From the NCBI GenBank assembly GCA_051252135.1, contig JBPOGH010000005.1, positions 64,001 to 128,000 on the forward strand: a stretch of 64,000 bases of DNA, given 5' to 3'. Shown in pieces: positions 37,689-47,564 of this stretch. The translations under genes and the position numbers were made by a program. How positions within the stretch are numbered: position 1 is the first letter of the stretch; each line of letters begins with the position of its first letter. The notes beneath the pieces were generated by a model. That model did not search any database and was not told the DNA's origin. It saw nothing but the letters and a program-made list of their open reading frames with translations. Origin of the DNA: Verrucomicrobiaceae bacterium (lineage in GTDB: Bacteria; Verrucomicrobiota; Verrucomicrobiia; Verrucomicrobiales; Akkermansiaceae).

Positions 37689-39338
37689 TTAAAAAATGGA
37701 ATCCATCGCCTTCCGCTCCGCTTCCGTCACAAAGGTCGACTCCGTAGCCTCCTGGGCCGCAATGCGCATCTGCATCTTCAGCGTCTCCACCGGCACCGGC
37801 GGACGACTCGTCTCCAGCACCTCCCGAAGCGCCGCCACCTCATCATGCGACCCCGCCTTCACCAGCCGAACCGCCTTCACCGCCAGCGCTTCCGCTCCCC
37901 CCGCCGTCATCAAACTAGGCATCAAAGGCAAAAACTCCTGCCACTCCTTCTTCGAAATCTTAATCCCTCGCTTCCCGCACAAGGCCCGGAACAGCTTCAG
38001 CGCCTCCTCCGGCTCCACCGCCGGAAAAATCGGAATCTTCACATCAATCCGTCCCGGACGCTTCAGATCAACCTCAATCAAATCCGGCCGACTCGACGCC
38101 AAAATCCACACAATCTTCCCCCGGTTCCGCGGATTCGACATCTCCTTCGCCATCATCGAATACACCCGGCTCGACACCCCCGAATCTCCTCCTCCCGACG
38201 CACGCTTCCCCAGCGCCTGATCCGCCTCATCCACAAACACCATGCAGCGACCCAGCGCATGCAGCAGTGAAAAAATCTTCTCCAGATTCGCCTCCGTACT
38301 CCCCACCCAACGATCCCGAAAGTTCTTCAACACCACCACCGGCACCCCCGCCTCACCTGCCAGACACTCCGCCAGATAAGTCTTCCCCGTCCCCACCGGC
38401 CCGCAAAAAAGATACCCCATCGGCATCGCCTCCAGCTCGTCCCGCCGCCACAATTCCAAATCCTGCCGCAACCACTTCTTCACCCCTTCCAGCCCGATCA
38501 CATCGTTGAGCGAACGATCCGGTTCAATAAACTCAATCAACCCCCCGCAATCACGCTCCACCAACTCCTTCTTCAAGCGCCCAAAGTCCGGCTCCGTCAG
38601 CGGTTCCTTATCGAAATGTCGCCGCCTCAAAAGCTCCTCAACCGCACTCACCGTCGCACCACGCAGTCGCGACGCCGCCCACCCGAACCGCTCGCCAACC
38701 TCACCCAACGCCGCCGAACAACGTTTCGCCAAACAGGCGATCACCCCCTCCAAATGATCGGCATCCGGTAAGGGCACCTCAATCTCCGCCACCGCCGGAT
38801 GATTCGCTACCAACGGGTGCAATTCATTCAAACTCTCGGACAGCAAAAACACCGCCTCCCCATGCGCCGGCAAATCAACCTCCGACGCCCACGCCCGCCA
38901 AATACTCGCCAACGCATGCAAATCATAATTCAGCGCATTCGGAAGCGCCGGACACACCAGATGCGCCCCCTTCACAATCACCGCCACCTTCGGCGCCTTC
39001 GCTCCCACCGCCTGCAGATTCCGCACATAGGTCAGATACTGGTTCAAAAAACGCATCGCCTCCAGCGGCGCCGACGGATAATCGCCATCCCGCCATTTCG
39101 CGAACTCACCACGACCCCGCTCCACCTTGATCCCCGCTCCCAGATCATAGCTCAGCACCACTTCAAAACGCGGCACCAGCACCTCACTCAAAAAATCCCC
39201 CAGCGTCCCCAGTCGGGGCTCCTTCAGATGAAGCAACATCCGGTCATTCACGTTTCCGTGAAGCACAAAGCAACCCGCCGACCCGCTTTCATAGCGGTCG
39301 ATCACTTCCTGCGACCACTCTGACAGCCCTTTCCTCAT
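37689..39338 (-). CDS. AAA+ ATPase (degenerate N-terminal module + active C-terminal AAA)
   Basis: GPVGTGKT, WVGSTE.N, FVDEAD, RPGRID. Confidence 0.9.
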   Translation of the reverse strand: MRKGLSEWSQEVIDRYESGSAGCFVLHGNVNDRMLLHLKEPRLGTLGDFLSEVLVPRFEVVLSYDLGAGIKVERGRGEFAKWRDGDYPSAPLEAMRFLNQYLTYVRNLQAVGAKAPKVAVIVKGAHLVCPALPNALNYDLHALASIWRAWASEVDLPAHGEAVFLLSESLNELHPLVANHPAVAEIEVPLPDADHLEGVIACLAKRCSAALGEVGERFGWAASRLRGATVSAVEELLRRRHFDKEPLTEPDFGRLKKELVERDCGGLIEFIEPDRSLNDVIGLEGVKKWLRQDLELWRRDELEAMPMGYLFCGPVGTGKTYLAECLAGEAGVPVVVLKNFRDRWVGSTEANLEKIFSLLHALGRCMVFVDEADQALGKRASGGGDSGVSSRVYSMMAKEMSNPRNRGKIVWILASSRPDLIEVDLKRPGRIDVKIPIFPAVEPEEALKLFRALCGKRGIKISKKEWQEFLPLMPSLMTAGGAEALAVKAVRLVKAGSHDEVAALREVLETSRPPVPVETLKMQMRIAAQEATESTFVTEAERKAMDSIF

Positions 39339-39344
39339 CGTAAA

Positions 39345-39497
39345 TTATTCTGGATCGGGAATCTCAAGATCATCCGCGATCTCGAGACCCGGATCCTCAA
39401 TCTCAACCGGAGCATCCTTCAGCATGCTCCACCACACCCCGCCGCCCACCGCGAAAAGGATCACCAGAACAAGCCAAACGAGAGTCGTCTTTTTCAT
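39345..39497 (-). CDS. Small single-pass membrane protein (50 aa), not in the supplied ORF track
   Basis: Own translation: MKKTTLVWLVLVILFAVGGGVWWSMLKDAPVEIEDPGLEIADDLEIPDPE*. It fills the pspA-AAA gap with 6-nt spacing on both sides. Confidence 0.8.
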   Translation of the reverse strand: MKKTTLVWLVLVILFAVGGGVWWSMLKDAPVEIEDPGLEIADDLEIPDPE

Positions 39498-39503
39498 CAA
39501 CGA

Positions 39504-40259
39504 TTAAACAGATTCGCTCTCTGGTCCCATCGAGGTCTTCGTCGTCTCGGAGGGCTTCGCCTCCGCCGCCGGAGCAGACTCAAGCTCGATCCCTTCCTGC
39601 GCCGCAAACTCAGCCAATGCCATATCAGCCAACGCTTCCTGCTCGGACTCCTTGGCTTCGATGCCCGACATATCAATCTGATCACGCGCTACCCGGGCCC
39701 GTCCTGCCGCCTTCGTCCGCTCATCCTCCACCAACTCTTCGAGTCGATTCAAAGTGTCACCGGATCCTCCGATTTCAGTCACCATCCCGGCCGCCATCTC
39801 GTTGAGCTCCGCCATCGCCTTGGTCACCTTCATCTCATCCAGATCACGGGCCAGCTGCTCCATCCGGGCACGGGCCGTCTTCACGCTCACTTCCTTGGCC
39901 TTCACCAACTCCTTGTAACGCGTTTCCGCGGCTTCCATCTGAACCTTCACTTCATCGTGCTCCGCATCCACCGCCTTGAGCTTCAACGCCAGCTGCCCTG
40001 CCGCCTCACGATTTCCCGCCTTCAGATTGGCCGTCGTCTTCGCCCGCAACTCGGTTTCCTCACGATCCAGCTTCTTCACCCGCGAAATCAATTTCTCAAC
40101 CAGCCCGGCATGCGCCGCCAGCCCTTTGTTGAATTCCGCAATCTGACTCCGCAGATTCTCCTTCTCCAACTCAAGGAGCGCTTCCGGATTTTTCTTCTCC
40201 ATTCCGCTCACAAAGAGCCCAAAAAATCCCTTCACCAGGTTGGCCAGTCGTTTAAACAT
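39504..40259 (-). CDS. pspA: PspA/IM30 family protein
   Basis: Amphipathic N-terminus MFKRLANLVKG, NPEALLE, AGNREAA..LA, long coiled coil. Confidence 0.88.
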   Translation of the reverse strand: MFKRLANLVKGFFGLFVSGMEKKNPEALLELEKENLRSQIAEFNKGLAAHAGLVEKLISRVKKLDREETELRAKTTANLKAGNREAAGQLALKLKAVDAEHDEVKVQMEAAETRYKELVKAKEVSVKTARARMEQLARDLDEMKVTKAMAELNEMAAGMVTEIGGSGDTLNRLEELVEDERTKAAGRARVARDQIDMSGIEAKESEQEALADMALAEFAAQEGIELESAPAAEAKPSETTKTSMGPESESV

Positions 40260-40327
40260 AATCGAATATCTACCGGAACAGTGTGTTCAAACCACCGCCA
40301 CGGCGCAAGTACAAGACTGGCTTCCTT

Positions 40328-40951
40328 TTATAAGCCCCACGGCACCCGATGCCCGGCACCTCTCACCACCTCCAATCTTCCCTCCGGAATCAGCGGAACC
40401 ACTTCCTCCGCCAACCTCACAAATTTCTCATCTTTCTCCCCCACCACCCACCGCACCGGACACCGGATCGCACCCAGCCTCGACCGCAAATCCTCCTGCC
40501 TCCCCAACGACCAACACCGAAAACTCCGCGCCACTTCCTTCCGTCGCTCCACCAATTTTAAACGATCCCCCCAATCCGGCTCCCCACCCAATATCCCCTG
40601 CCCGTTCCATTCCTCCAAAAAACGCCCCCAATCCTCCTCCGCCAACCGCGCCCATCGCTCATCCGTCTCAACCCTCTCCTCCCGCCCCTCCAACAGCCCC
40701 GGATGTGCCGAATAAATCACCGCCTCTTTCCACTCACAGCGGCCCGATAACAACGCATGCAGCGCAATCCGCCCTCCCATCGAATACCCCATCAGACGAT
40801 CTCCATCCTCCGCCCCCTCCGCAATCCGCTCACCCGCCTCTGCCAGCGAACACTCCCCCTCCTCTAACAAATTCCACAAATCAACCCCCTCGTGACCCAA
40901 GGACTTCCAGTCCTCCGCCATCCCCACCGCCCCATGCAAACAATGAATCAT
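40328..40951 (-). CDS. Alpha/beta hydrolase, MenH-like
   Basis: LHG, GYSMGGRIAL, HPGL....ER..R...D..WA, VGEKD.KF, AGHRVP. Start at ATG 40951 overlaps the upstream stop. Confidence 0.85.
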   Translation of the reverse strand: MIHCLHGAVGMAEDWKSLGHEGVDLWNLLEEGECSLAEAGERIAEGAEDGDRLMGYSMGGRIALHALLSGRCEWKEAVIYSAHPGLLEGREERVETDERWARLAEEDWGRFLEEWNGQGILGGEPDWGDRLKLVERRKEVARSFRCWSLGRQEDLRSRLGAIRCPVRWVVGEKDEKFVRLAEEVVPLIPEGRLEVVRGAGHRVPWGL

Positions 40952-41667
40952 GGCTCCCAAAATCCAAATAACTGCCGCGCACATCCCCACCCGAAATCCA
41001 ACCGGCTCTTCCACGGCCGCGCCGGCTCCATCAAGCGCCACCCCCTCTTCGCTCCCTCCGCCCGAATCCCCGCCAACGGATTCACCAGCGTATTCCGCTC
41101 GCACAACTCCAACATCGGCACATCCGCCCGCGAATCACTGTAACCCTCCACCCCCTCATCAATCCCAATCTCCGCCAAGCGCCGCACCTTCGCCTCCCCC
41201 TTGTGATTCTCCCCCATCATCTCCGGAAAAAACTCCACCTCCTCACCCCAATCAAAAAGCGTCCCCAAACTCACCTCAAACCCCAATGCCTCACCAATGT
41301 GCCTCACCCACAACTCCGGACTCGCCGATGCCAGCACCAGCCGCCTCCCCGCCTCCCGATGCCGCTCAATCTCCTCCACAATCTCCGGATAAGTCAGCCT
41401 CGGCAGCCATTCCCTCACAAATTCCGCCGCCAACTCCTCCAGCCTCTCCCGCTTCATTCCCCACAAATAACAGTGAAACACCCGCTTCATCCCACCCGCT
41501 CCCAACACCTTGTTCAGAGGCAAAAACGCCACAAAAACCACCGTCAACCAACGCCTCCACCCCTCCTGCCTCAGCACATAACTCCGAAACACCAACTGCG
41601 TATCCCAAGGCACCACAGTTTGATCCAGATCGAAAAGGACGGTTTCTCGCGCTTGCTCCACACCCAC
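40948..41667 (-). CDS. HAD-IB family hydrolase
   Basis: FDLDQT, LASAS, GEAK, GYSDS.AD.PML. Confidence 0.9.
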   Translation of the reverse strand: MGVEQARETVLFDLDQTVVPWDTQLVFRSYVLRQEGWRRWLTVVFVAFLPLNKVLGAGGMKRVFHCYLWGMKRERLEELAAEFVREWLPRLTYPEIVEEIERHREAGRRLVLASASPELWVRHIGEALGFEVSLGTLFDWGEEVEFFPEMMGENHKGEAKVRRLAEIGIDEGVEGYSDSRADVPMLELCERNTLVNPLAGIRAEGAKRGWRLMEPARPWKSRLDFGWGCARQLFGFWEP

Positions 41668-41735
41668 GGTGTTAGACCAACGCCCAAAAAAGGGAATTTC
41701 AATCTCTCCTCGATCATGTTCAGAATGCCCCGCCG

Positions 41736-42902
41736 ATGAAATTCCTCCCTCTCGTTCTCCTTCTTCCCGCCAGCCCCCTCTCGGCCCAAATCTACGCCGA
41801 TGTCACCACCACCATGGGCGACTTCACCCTGGAGCTCTACCACGAGGACTCACCCATGACCGTCGCCAATTTCATCTCCCTCGCAGATGGCTCCCGCGCC
41901 TGGATCGACTCCACCACCGGCAAGGTTCATCAAAACAAACCCTATTTCGACGGCATCATCTTCCACCGTGTCATCAAAGGATTCATGAACCAGGTCGGTT
42001 CTCCAAAGGGCGACGGCTCGGATGGCCCCGGATACAACTTCCCGGATGAAGTCGATAACGGCGTCCTTCACGACGAGCCCTACCTCCTCTCCTCCGCCAA
42101 CTCCGGCCCCCATACCAACGGTTCCCAACTCTTCATCACCGTCGACTCCACTCCTTGGCTCGATGGCATCCACACCGTATTTGGAAAAGTGTCCTCCGGC
42201 ACCGATGTCATCGACGCCATCAATCAGGTCGCCGTCATCACCAACACCACCACTCCCGTCACCGAGGTCTCCATCACCACCGTCACCATTCGCAAGGTCG
42301 GCGCCGCCGCCATCGCCTTCGATCCCACCGCCCAGAACCTCCCCGTGGTCGACGCCATCCCCGCCACCATCGCCCTCCCGGAAACCGCCCCCCCCTCCCT
42401 CAACCTCAACCAACCGGCCGGCACCAGCCTGAATGTCAGCACCTCCACCAACCTCACCACCTGGACCCAGACAGAGCGACACCTCGCCTCCGGAGACCCC
42501 CTCCTTCAGTTCGATCTCGGTGAAATCAAACCTCGCGAGTTCTTCCGCACCTCCCTCATCAACTGGGGGCCCCTCGGAACCTTCCCAAGCGACCTCTCCA
42601 CCCACATCATCACCATCAACTCGGACCTGGGGGACTTCACCCTCGATCTCGGAGACCCCTCCACTCTTGATTTCAGCGGACTACCCGGCTCCCGCCTCAT
42701 TGATCTGGAACAAAGCTCGATTTCCACCGACGGCTTCGGCGCCACCCTCCTCATCTACTCCGATGGACTCGTCCCCCTCCGCTTTCGCCTCGGTGCCAAC
42801 CTCCCCATCGCCGCCCTTCCCACGGGACGCATGACCGGAACCGCCTTCACCTCGCCATCAACCCCCCTCACCGGCACCTTCACCTTCACCGCCAAACCAT
42901 GA
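41736..42902 (+). CDS. Secreted cyclophilin-type peptidylprolyl isomerase with C-terminal extension
   Basis: P.TVANF..LA, FHRVIKGFM.Q.G, GPGY.F.DE, ANSGP.TNGSQ.FIT, WLDG.HTVFG. Confidence 0.92.
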   Translation: MKFLPLVLLLPASPLSAQIYADVTTTMGDFTLELYHEDSPMTVANFISLADGSRAWIDSTTGKVHQNKPYFDGIIFHRVIKGFMNQVGSPKGDGSDGPGYNFPDEVDNGVLHDEPYLLSSANSGPHTNGSQLFITVDSTPWLDGIHTVFGKVSSGTDVIDAINQVAVITNTTTPVTEVSITTVTIRKVGAAAIAFDPTAQNLPVVDAIPATIALPETAPPSLNLNQPAGTSLNVSTSTNLTTWTQTERHLASGDPLLQFDLGEIKPREFFRTSLINWGPLGTFPSDLSTHIITINSDLGDFTLDLGDPSTLDFSGLPGSRLIDLEQSSISTDGFGATLLIYSDGLVPLRFRLGANLPIAALPTGRMTGTAFTSPSTPLTGTFTFTAKP

Positions 42903-44530
42903 GATTTCTCATTCTAACCGCTTTCCTGTTGGCCCAGGCCAACGCCCAGATCACCGCCAAGTTCAACACCACGATCGGAGACTTCACCGTCCTCCTCGAC
43001 CACGGGAACGCCCCCCTCGCCACCGCCAACTTTATGCTCCTCGCCGGACTTGAAGATGAAGAATGGACCACCCCCGCCGGCGTCACCCTCCCCGCCCCCC
43101 ACGTCACCTACAGCCCCCTAAGCCCCGGCACCCCCTACTACAAAAATAACCGCCTCGCTCTCAACGTCCTCTTTCAAGAGAGCGAAGGCCCGGGCGATGT
43201 CGACAAATACATCATCCGCCAGTCTCAAACCGTCATGGGATACGTCAGCACCATCCCCCTCGGTAATGTCTATCAGGAACTCGGTGGTGGTCGTAATATC
43301 GAGATCCGAAAAGTCGAAAACGAAAACAAATTCCAAGTCGTCATCAAGCACCCGCGCCGCTGGTACAACAACCGCTACGCATGGCTCCAGGATGCCCCCA
43401 TGTACCGCAACATCCCCATCACCAGGATCGAGACCGGCCGCCGTTTCTTCGCCGGCAGCTTCACCAATGACCTCACCGAGACCCACGGCTACCGCTTCCC
43501 GGACGAACTCGTTCGCAACCCGAACTCGACCCCGCCCTGGGGAACCAAATTCAACACCGGCTGGGTCCTCGCCATGGACAACACCCGGGCCAACACCAAC
43601 GGAAGCCGCTTCTTCATCACCGGCCAACCCGTTCCCGGTGACCTCCCCCTCCTCAAGGAGTGGAACAAACGATACACCGTCGTCGGTGATGTCCTCACCA
43701 CCGGTGGCGGCCGCCAGGTCGTCATCAACATGCTCAATCTGGCCACGCAGGAGGACGGCACCCCGGACTCCGAAGTCAACATCCAGTCCATCGACATCAC
43801 CCGTCAGGGCGGCAGTGATGCCGGATTCTTCGTCCATCTGGTCAAAAATGACCTCCCCGGCGATACCACCGCCCTCCAACTCTCCATTCTCAGAGCCGGA
43901 CCCACGTTCCGTCTCATCACCCCACCCACCCCTCAATCCCAAACCCTCTTCCTGAGTTCCACCTCCCTGCGCGGTGAACCTGTCTCCTTCTTTTCCACCA
44001 GCCCTCCTTTCAACTTCGAGTCCCAATCACTCGATCTCACCCCGGCCATCTCCACCAACCCCATCGGATACTTCCGCGCCCTCACCACCCCGCTCCCCTC
44101 CTGGCCTTCCCGCGAGTTCACCCTCTCCGGAGCCGTCCTCCAATGCTCCAACGTCCTCTCCAGCGGCTTCGCATCCGGATTCGTCCGCCTCACCATGAAC
44201 ACCGCCACCGCCCAAAACCCCGCCGGCTCAGGAGGCTCCTACATCATTAACCTTCCCGCCATGACCCTTTCCAATCCGGATGGCTCATCCACCTCCTACC
44301 CCGCCTTCCAGGGCAGCGGAACCTTCACCTCCAAATATGAATTCGAGGACAACCCCTATCAGGGAATTCTCACCATCCTCACCTCCACCGGAAACTTCCC
44401 CTTCGATAGCTTCGATCTCGGCTTCGACTTCCGCTACCGCATCCCGGTAGACGATCGCGTCAGCCGCTTCCTCGCCTACGACGCGGATTCCCTCTACGCC
44501 ATCGAGGGCGTTTGGGAAAAAATCAACTGA
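42899..44530 (+). CDS. Divergent cyclophilin-like secreted protein with large insertion
   Basis: T..GDF...L....AP.A.ANF..LA, then GY.FPDE, LAM.N...NTNGSRFFIT, YTV.G.V. ATGA overlap with the previous gene. Confidence 0.75.
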   Translation: MRFLILTAFLLAQANAQITAKFNTTIGDFTVLLDHGNAPLATANFMLLAGLEDEEWTTPAGVTLPAPHVTYSPLSPGTPYYKNNRLALNVLFQESEGPGDVDKYIIRQSQTVMGYVSTIPLGNVYQELGGGRNIEIRKVENENKFQVVIKHPRRWYNNRYAWLQDAPMYRNIPITRIETGRRFFAGSFTNDLTETHGYRFPDELVRNPNSTPPWGTKFNTGWVLAMDNTRANTNGSRFFITGQPVPGDLPLLKEWNKRYTVVGDVLTTGGGRQVVINMLNLATQEDGTPDSEVNIQSIDITRQGGSDAGFFVHLVKNDLPGDTTALQLSILRAGPTFRLITPPTPQSQTLFLSSTSLRGEPVSFFSTSPPFNFESQSLDLTPAISTNPIGYFRALTTPLPSWPSREFTLSGAVLQCSNVLSSGFASGFVRLTMNTATAQNPAGSGGSYIINLPAMTLSNPDGSSTSYPAFQGSGTFTSKYEFEDNPYQGILTILTSTGNFPFDSFDLGFDFRYRIPVDDRVSRFLAYDADSLYAIEGVWEKIN

Positions 44531-44532
44531 CC

Positions 44533-45153
44533 ATGGAATTCCCCAAAACCGTCACCCGCCCTGCCGAGCCCAACGAGCTCATCCCAGCCGACTACTTCGC
44601 CCAACTCTCCTTCGCCGATCACTTCGATCGCGACGCCCCCGTCGAAATCGACCTCGGCTGCGGCGACGGCTCCTTCCTCCTCGCGATGGCGGAGCATCAT
44701 CACGACCGCAACTTCATCGGCGTCGAGCGCCTCCTCGGTCGCGTCCGGAAGGTTTGCCGAAAGGGCGACCGCAAAGGACTCACCAACCTCCGTGTCCTTC
44801 GGCTCGAAAGCCTCTACGTCCTCGAATGGCTCCTCCCGCCCGACTCCGTAAGCCGCATCCACCTCCTCTGCCCCGACCCCTGGCCCAAGGCCAAACACCA
44901 CCGCAGACGCCTCTTCCAAAAACCCTTCCTCGATGCCGTCCTGCGCGTCCTCGCCCCCGGCGGAGAACTCCTCTTTAAAACCGACCACGACGAATACTTC
45001 GAATGGTCCGAGGAACAGCTTGATGACTACCCCGCCCTCGAACGACTCGACTGGCCGGACGACGCCTTCTTCTACCCCAAAACCGACTTCCAGATTCAAT
45101 GGGAAGCCGAGGGCAAATCACTCCAGGGCCTCAGAGCCAGGAAACCCGCATAG
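44533..45153 (+). CDS. trmB: tRNA (guanine-N7)-methyltransferase
   Basis: IDLGCGDG, FIGVE, PDPWPK.KH.RRRL, FKTD. Confidence 0.95.
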   Translation: MEFPKTVTRPAEPNELIPADYFAQLSFADHFDRDAPVEIDLGCGDGSFLLAMAEHHHDRNFIGVERLLGRVRKVCRKGDRKGLTNLRVLRLESLYVLEWLLPPDSVSRIHLLCPDPWPKAKHHRRRLFQKPFLDAVLRVLAPGGELLFKTDHDEYFEWSEEQLDDYPALERLDWPDDAFFYPKTDFQIQWEAEGKSLQGLRARKPA

Positions 45154-45158
45154 CCGGC

Positions 45159-45923
45159 TCACTCCCCGGCTTGCTCCGTCCGCGGCTTCAACCCGTAGGA
45201 CTCCGGAGCAACCAGCCCCGCTGAAAGGATCATCTTGCCCGCCTCCTCCAGCGTCATATCGCTGTCGAACACCTTCTCATCGTCCACCAGCACCACAAAA
45301 CCCGTCATCGGATTGGGAGAAGTCGGGATGAAAACCGAGGTCACATCCTTGCCCGTCTGCGGGTCCGTAAAATGACCCGTGATAAAACCAATGAGCCGGC
45401 ACCCCGGACTGGGATACTCAATATATGCCACCCCCTTGAACTTCCGGGGACCACCCAAATTCTTCACCGCATCGATGAACTGCTTGATCGCCGAATAAAT
45501 AAATCCAAACAATGGCACCCGCGTCATCGCGCCATCCACCCAACCCAGGATACGCTTCCCCGGCCGGTTCATCACCGCCCCTCCCGCTAAAAACAACAAG
45601 GCCAGCGGAATCAACAACCACAGAAAATCATCCCCCGGAAATCCCTCAAGGGTCCACGCCGCAGGGGAACTCTGATCGACCCCGCGCAGCGTATTGAGGA
45701 CACCCAGGACGGAGTTAATAATCGCCAACCCGATCCGGTGCAACAACTTGAAGACCAGCACCACGATCCAACCCGTCGCCAGAATCGGAATCACCGCTGC
45801 CATCCCTGCCAGCAAAGGTTTCAGCACCTGTCTGACACGCGGGTGCTTCACCTCGCGCGGTTTTCCAATTTGGGAATCATCAGCCATCAGGGATAGAGAT
45901 AGCCCGAATTTCGCAACTAACAA
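45159..45923 (-). CDS. DUF502 family membrane protein
   Basis: RVP....IYS..KQ, IEYP, SVFIPTSPNPMTGF, EEA.K.I.S.G. Confidence 0.9.
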   Translation of the reverse strand: MLVAKFGLSLSLMADDSQIGKPREVKHPRVRQVLKPLLAGMAAVIPILATGWIVVLVFKLLHRIGLAIINSVLGVLNTLRGVDQSSPAAWTLEGFPGDDFLWLLIPLALLFLAGGAVMNRPGKRILGWVDGAMTRVPLFGFIYSAIKQFIDAVKNLGGPRKFKGVAYIEYPSPGCRLIGFITGHFTDPQTGKDVTSVFIPTSPNPMTGFVVLVDDEKVFDSDMTLEEAGKMILSAGLVAPESYGLKPRTEQAGE

Positions 45924-45993
45924 CCCTCACTTATCCAAACTCTCTTGCTGAAAGAAATCCTTTCTGTTACTTCTTGGTATACCCATAAAACTC

Positions 45994-47493
45994 GTGTCCT
46001 CATCCACCCGCAAACCCAGAATTTTAGTCGTCACTCCGGAAATCACCTACCTCCCAAAAGGCATGGGAAACTTGGCCCAGCGATTATCGGCCAAGGCCGG
46101 AGGAATGGCGGATGTCTCAGCATCATTGGTGAATGCCCTGAATGACCAGGGAGCCGATGTCCACGTCGCCTTGCCGAATTTCCGGAAGATGTTCCAGCTC
46201 GAGGCCAACAACATTTTCGAAGCTGAATACGACAAGGTCAACCGCTCCCTCCCCGAGCAAAAAATCCACCTCGCCCAAGACCGCATCTTCTTTCACCGCT
46301 CCCGCGTCTACAGCGCCGCCGAGAACCACAATATCGCCCTCGCCTTCCAGCGGGAAGTCATCAACCACATCATCCCCCAGGTCCGCCCCGACCTCATTCA
46401 CTGCAATGACTGGATGACCGGCCTCATCCCCGCCGTCGCCAAACGATACGGCATCAAATCCCTCTTCACCTGCCACAATATCCATACCGAAAAACTCACC
46501 CTCGCCGCGATCGAGGAAAAAGGCATCGATGCCGCGGAATTCTGGAATCACTGCTACTTCCTCCGCCCTCCCCACCACTACGAGGAAACCCGCAACTCAA
46601 ACCCCGTCGACCTCCTCACCACTGGCATCTTCGCCTCCGATCACGTCAACTCGGTCAGCCCCACCTTCCTTTCGGAAATTGTCGATGGAAAGCATGCCTT
46701 CGTCCCCAGTCACATCAATCACGAGCTCTGGCAAAAATGCCAATCCGGGAACGCCAGCGGTATCCTTAATGCTCCGGACGTCGGCTTCGACCCCCAAACC
46801 GACACCCACCTTGAGCACCACTACAACGCCAAAACCCACGTCAAAGGAAAGGCCAAAAACAAAGCCGCTCTTCAGAAGGCCCTCGGACTCAAAATCGATC
46901 CCGAAGCCCCCCTCTTCCTCTGGCCCTCACGCCTCGATCCCGTTCAAAAAGGCCCCGAACTTCTCAGCCAAATCCTCTTCAGCCTCACCGAAGAACATCC
47001 CGATCTCCAGATCGCCATCGTCGCCAGCGGCGAATTCAAAAAGCACTTCGCCGAGATCATCCACATGCACAGCCTCTACGATCGTGTCGCCATGGTCGAA
47101 TTTACCGAGAAACTCTCCCGCCTCGGTTACGCCGGATCGGACTTCATGATCATGCCCTCCCGCTTCGAACCCTGCGGACTCCCCCAGATGGTCAGCCCGA
47201 AATACGGCACCCTCCCCGTCGCCCACGATACCGGCGGCATCCACGACACCGTCGACCCCTTCAACTACGACCTCGATTCCGGCAACGGTTTCCTCTTCGG
47301 CCACTACACCCCCGACGGACTCCGCTGGGCCATCAACGAGGCCGTCCATTTCCATCGCCAACCCGCCAAGGTCAAAGAACACCACATCAAGCGTATCATG
47401 GTCGAAGCCGAGACCCGCTTCAATCACGAGAACACCGCCCGCGAATACATCCAGCTCTACGAGCGCATGCTGGGACGTCCCGTCACCGGCTAA
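45994..47493 (+). CDS. glgA: Glycogen/starch synthase (GT5)
   Basis: KAGGMADV, IHCNDW.TGL, SRL...QKG, MPSRFEPCGL.QM, TGG..DTV. Confidence 0.92.
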   Translation: MSSSTRKPRILVVTPEITYLPKGMGNLAQRLSAKAGGMADVSASLVNALNDQGADVHVALPNFRKMFQLEANNIFEAEYDKVNRSLPEQKIHLAQDRIFFHRSRVYSAAENHNIALAFQREVINHIIPQVRPDLIHCNDWMTGLIPAVAKRYGIKSLFTCHNIHTEKLTLAAIEEKGIDAAEFWNHCYFLRPPHHYEETRNSNPVDLLTTGIFASDHVNSVSPTFLSEIVDGKHAFVPSHINHELWQKCQSGNASGILNAPDVGFDPQTDTHLEHHYNAKTHVKGKAKNKAALQKALGLKIDPEAPLFLWPSRLDPVQKGPELLSQILFSLTEEHPDLQIAIVASGEFKKHFAEIIHMHSLYDRVAMVEFTEKLSRLGYAGSDFMIMPSRFEPCGLPQMVSPKYGTLPVAHDTGGIHDTVDPFNYDLDSGNGFLFGHYTPDGLRWAINEAVHFHRQPAKVKEHHIKRIMVEAETRFNHENTAREYIQLYERMLGRPVTG

Positions 47494-47564
47494 CACCGCG
47501 TTATTAGAAGTGACGAACGGCCTATTTGTGGGAATGTTGGGACCTCACCCTCATCCCACCTGCC

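Noticed and set aside
40951..41104. Extended start of the MenH-like hydrolase
   Set aside because: It overlaps the HAD gene. MIHCLHG at 40951 with an ATGA overlap fits better.
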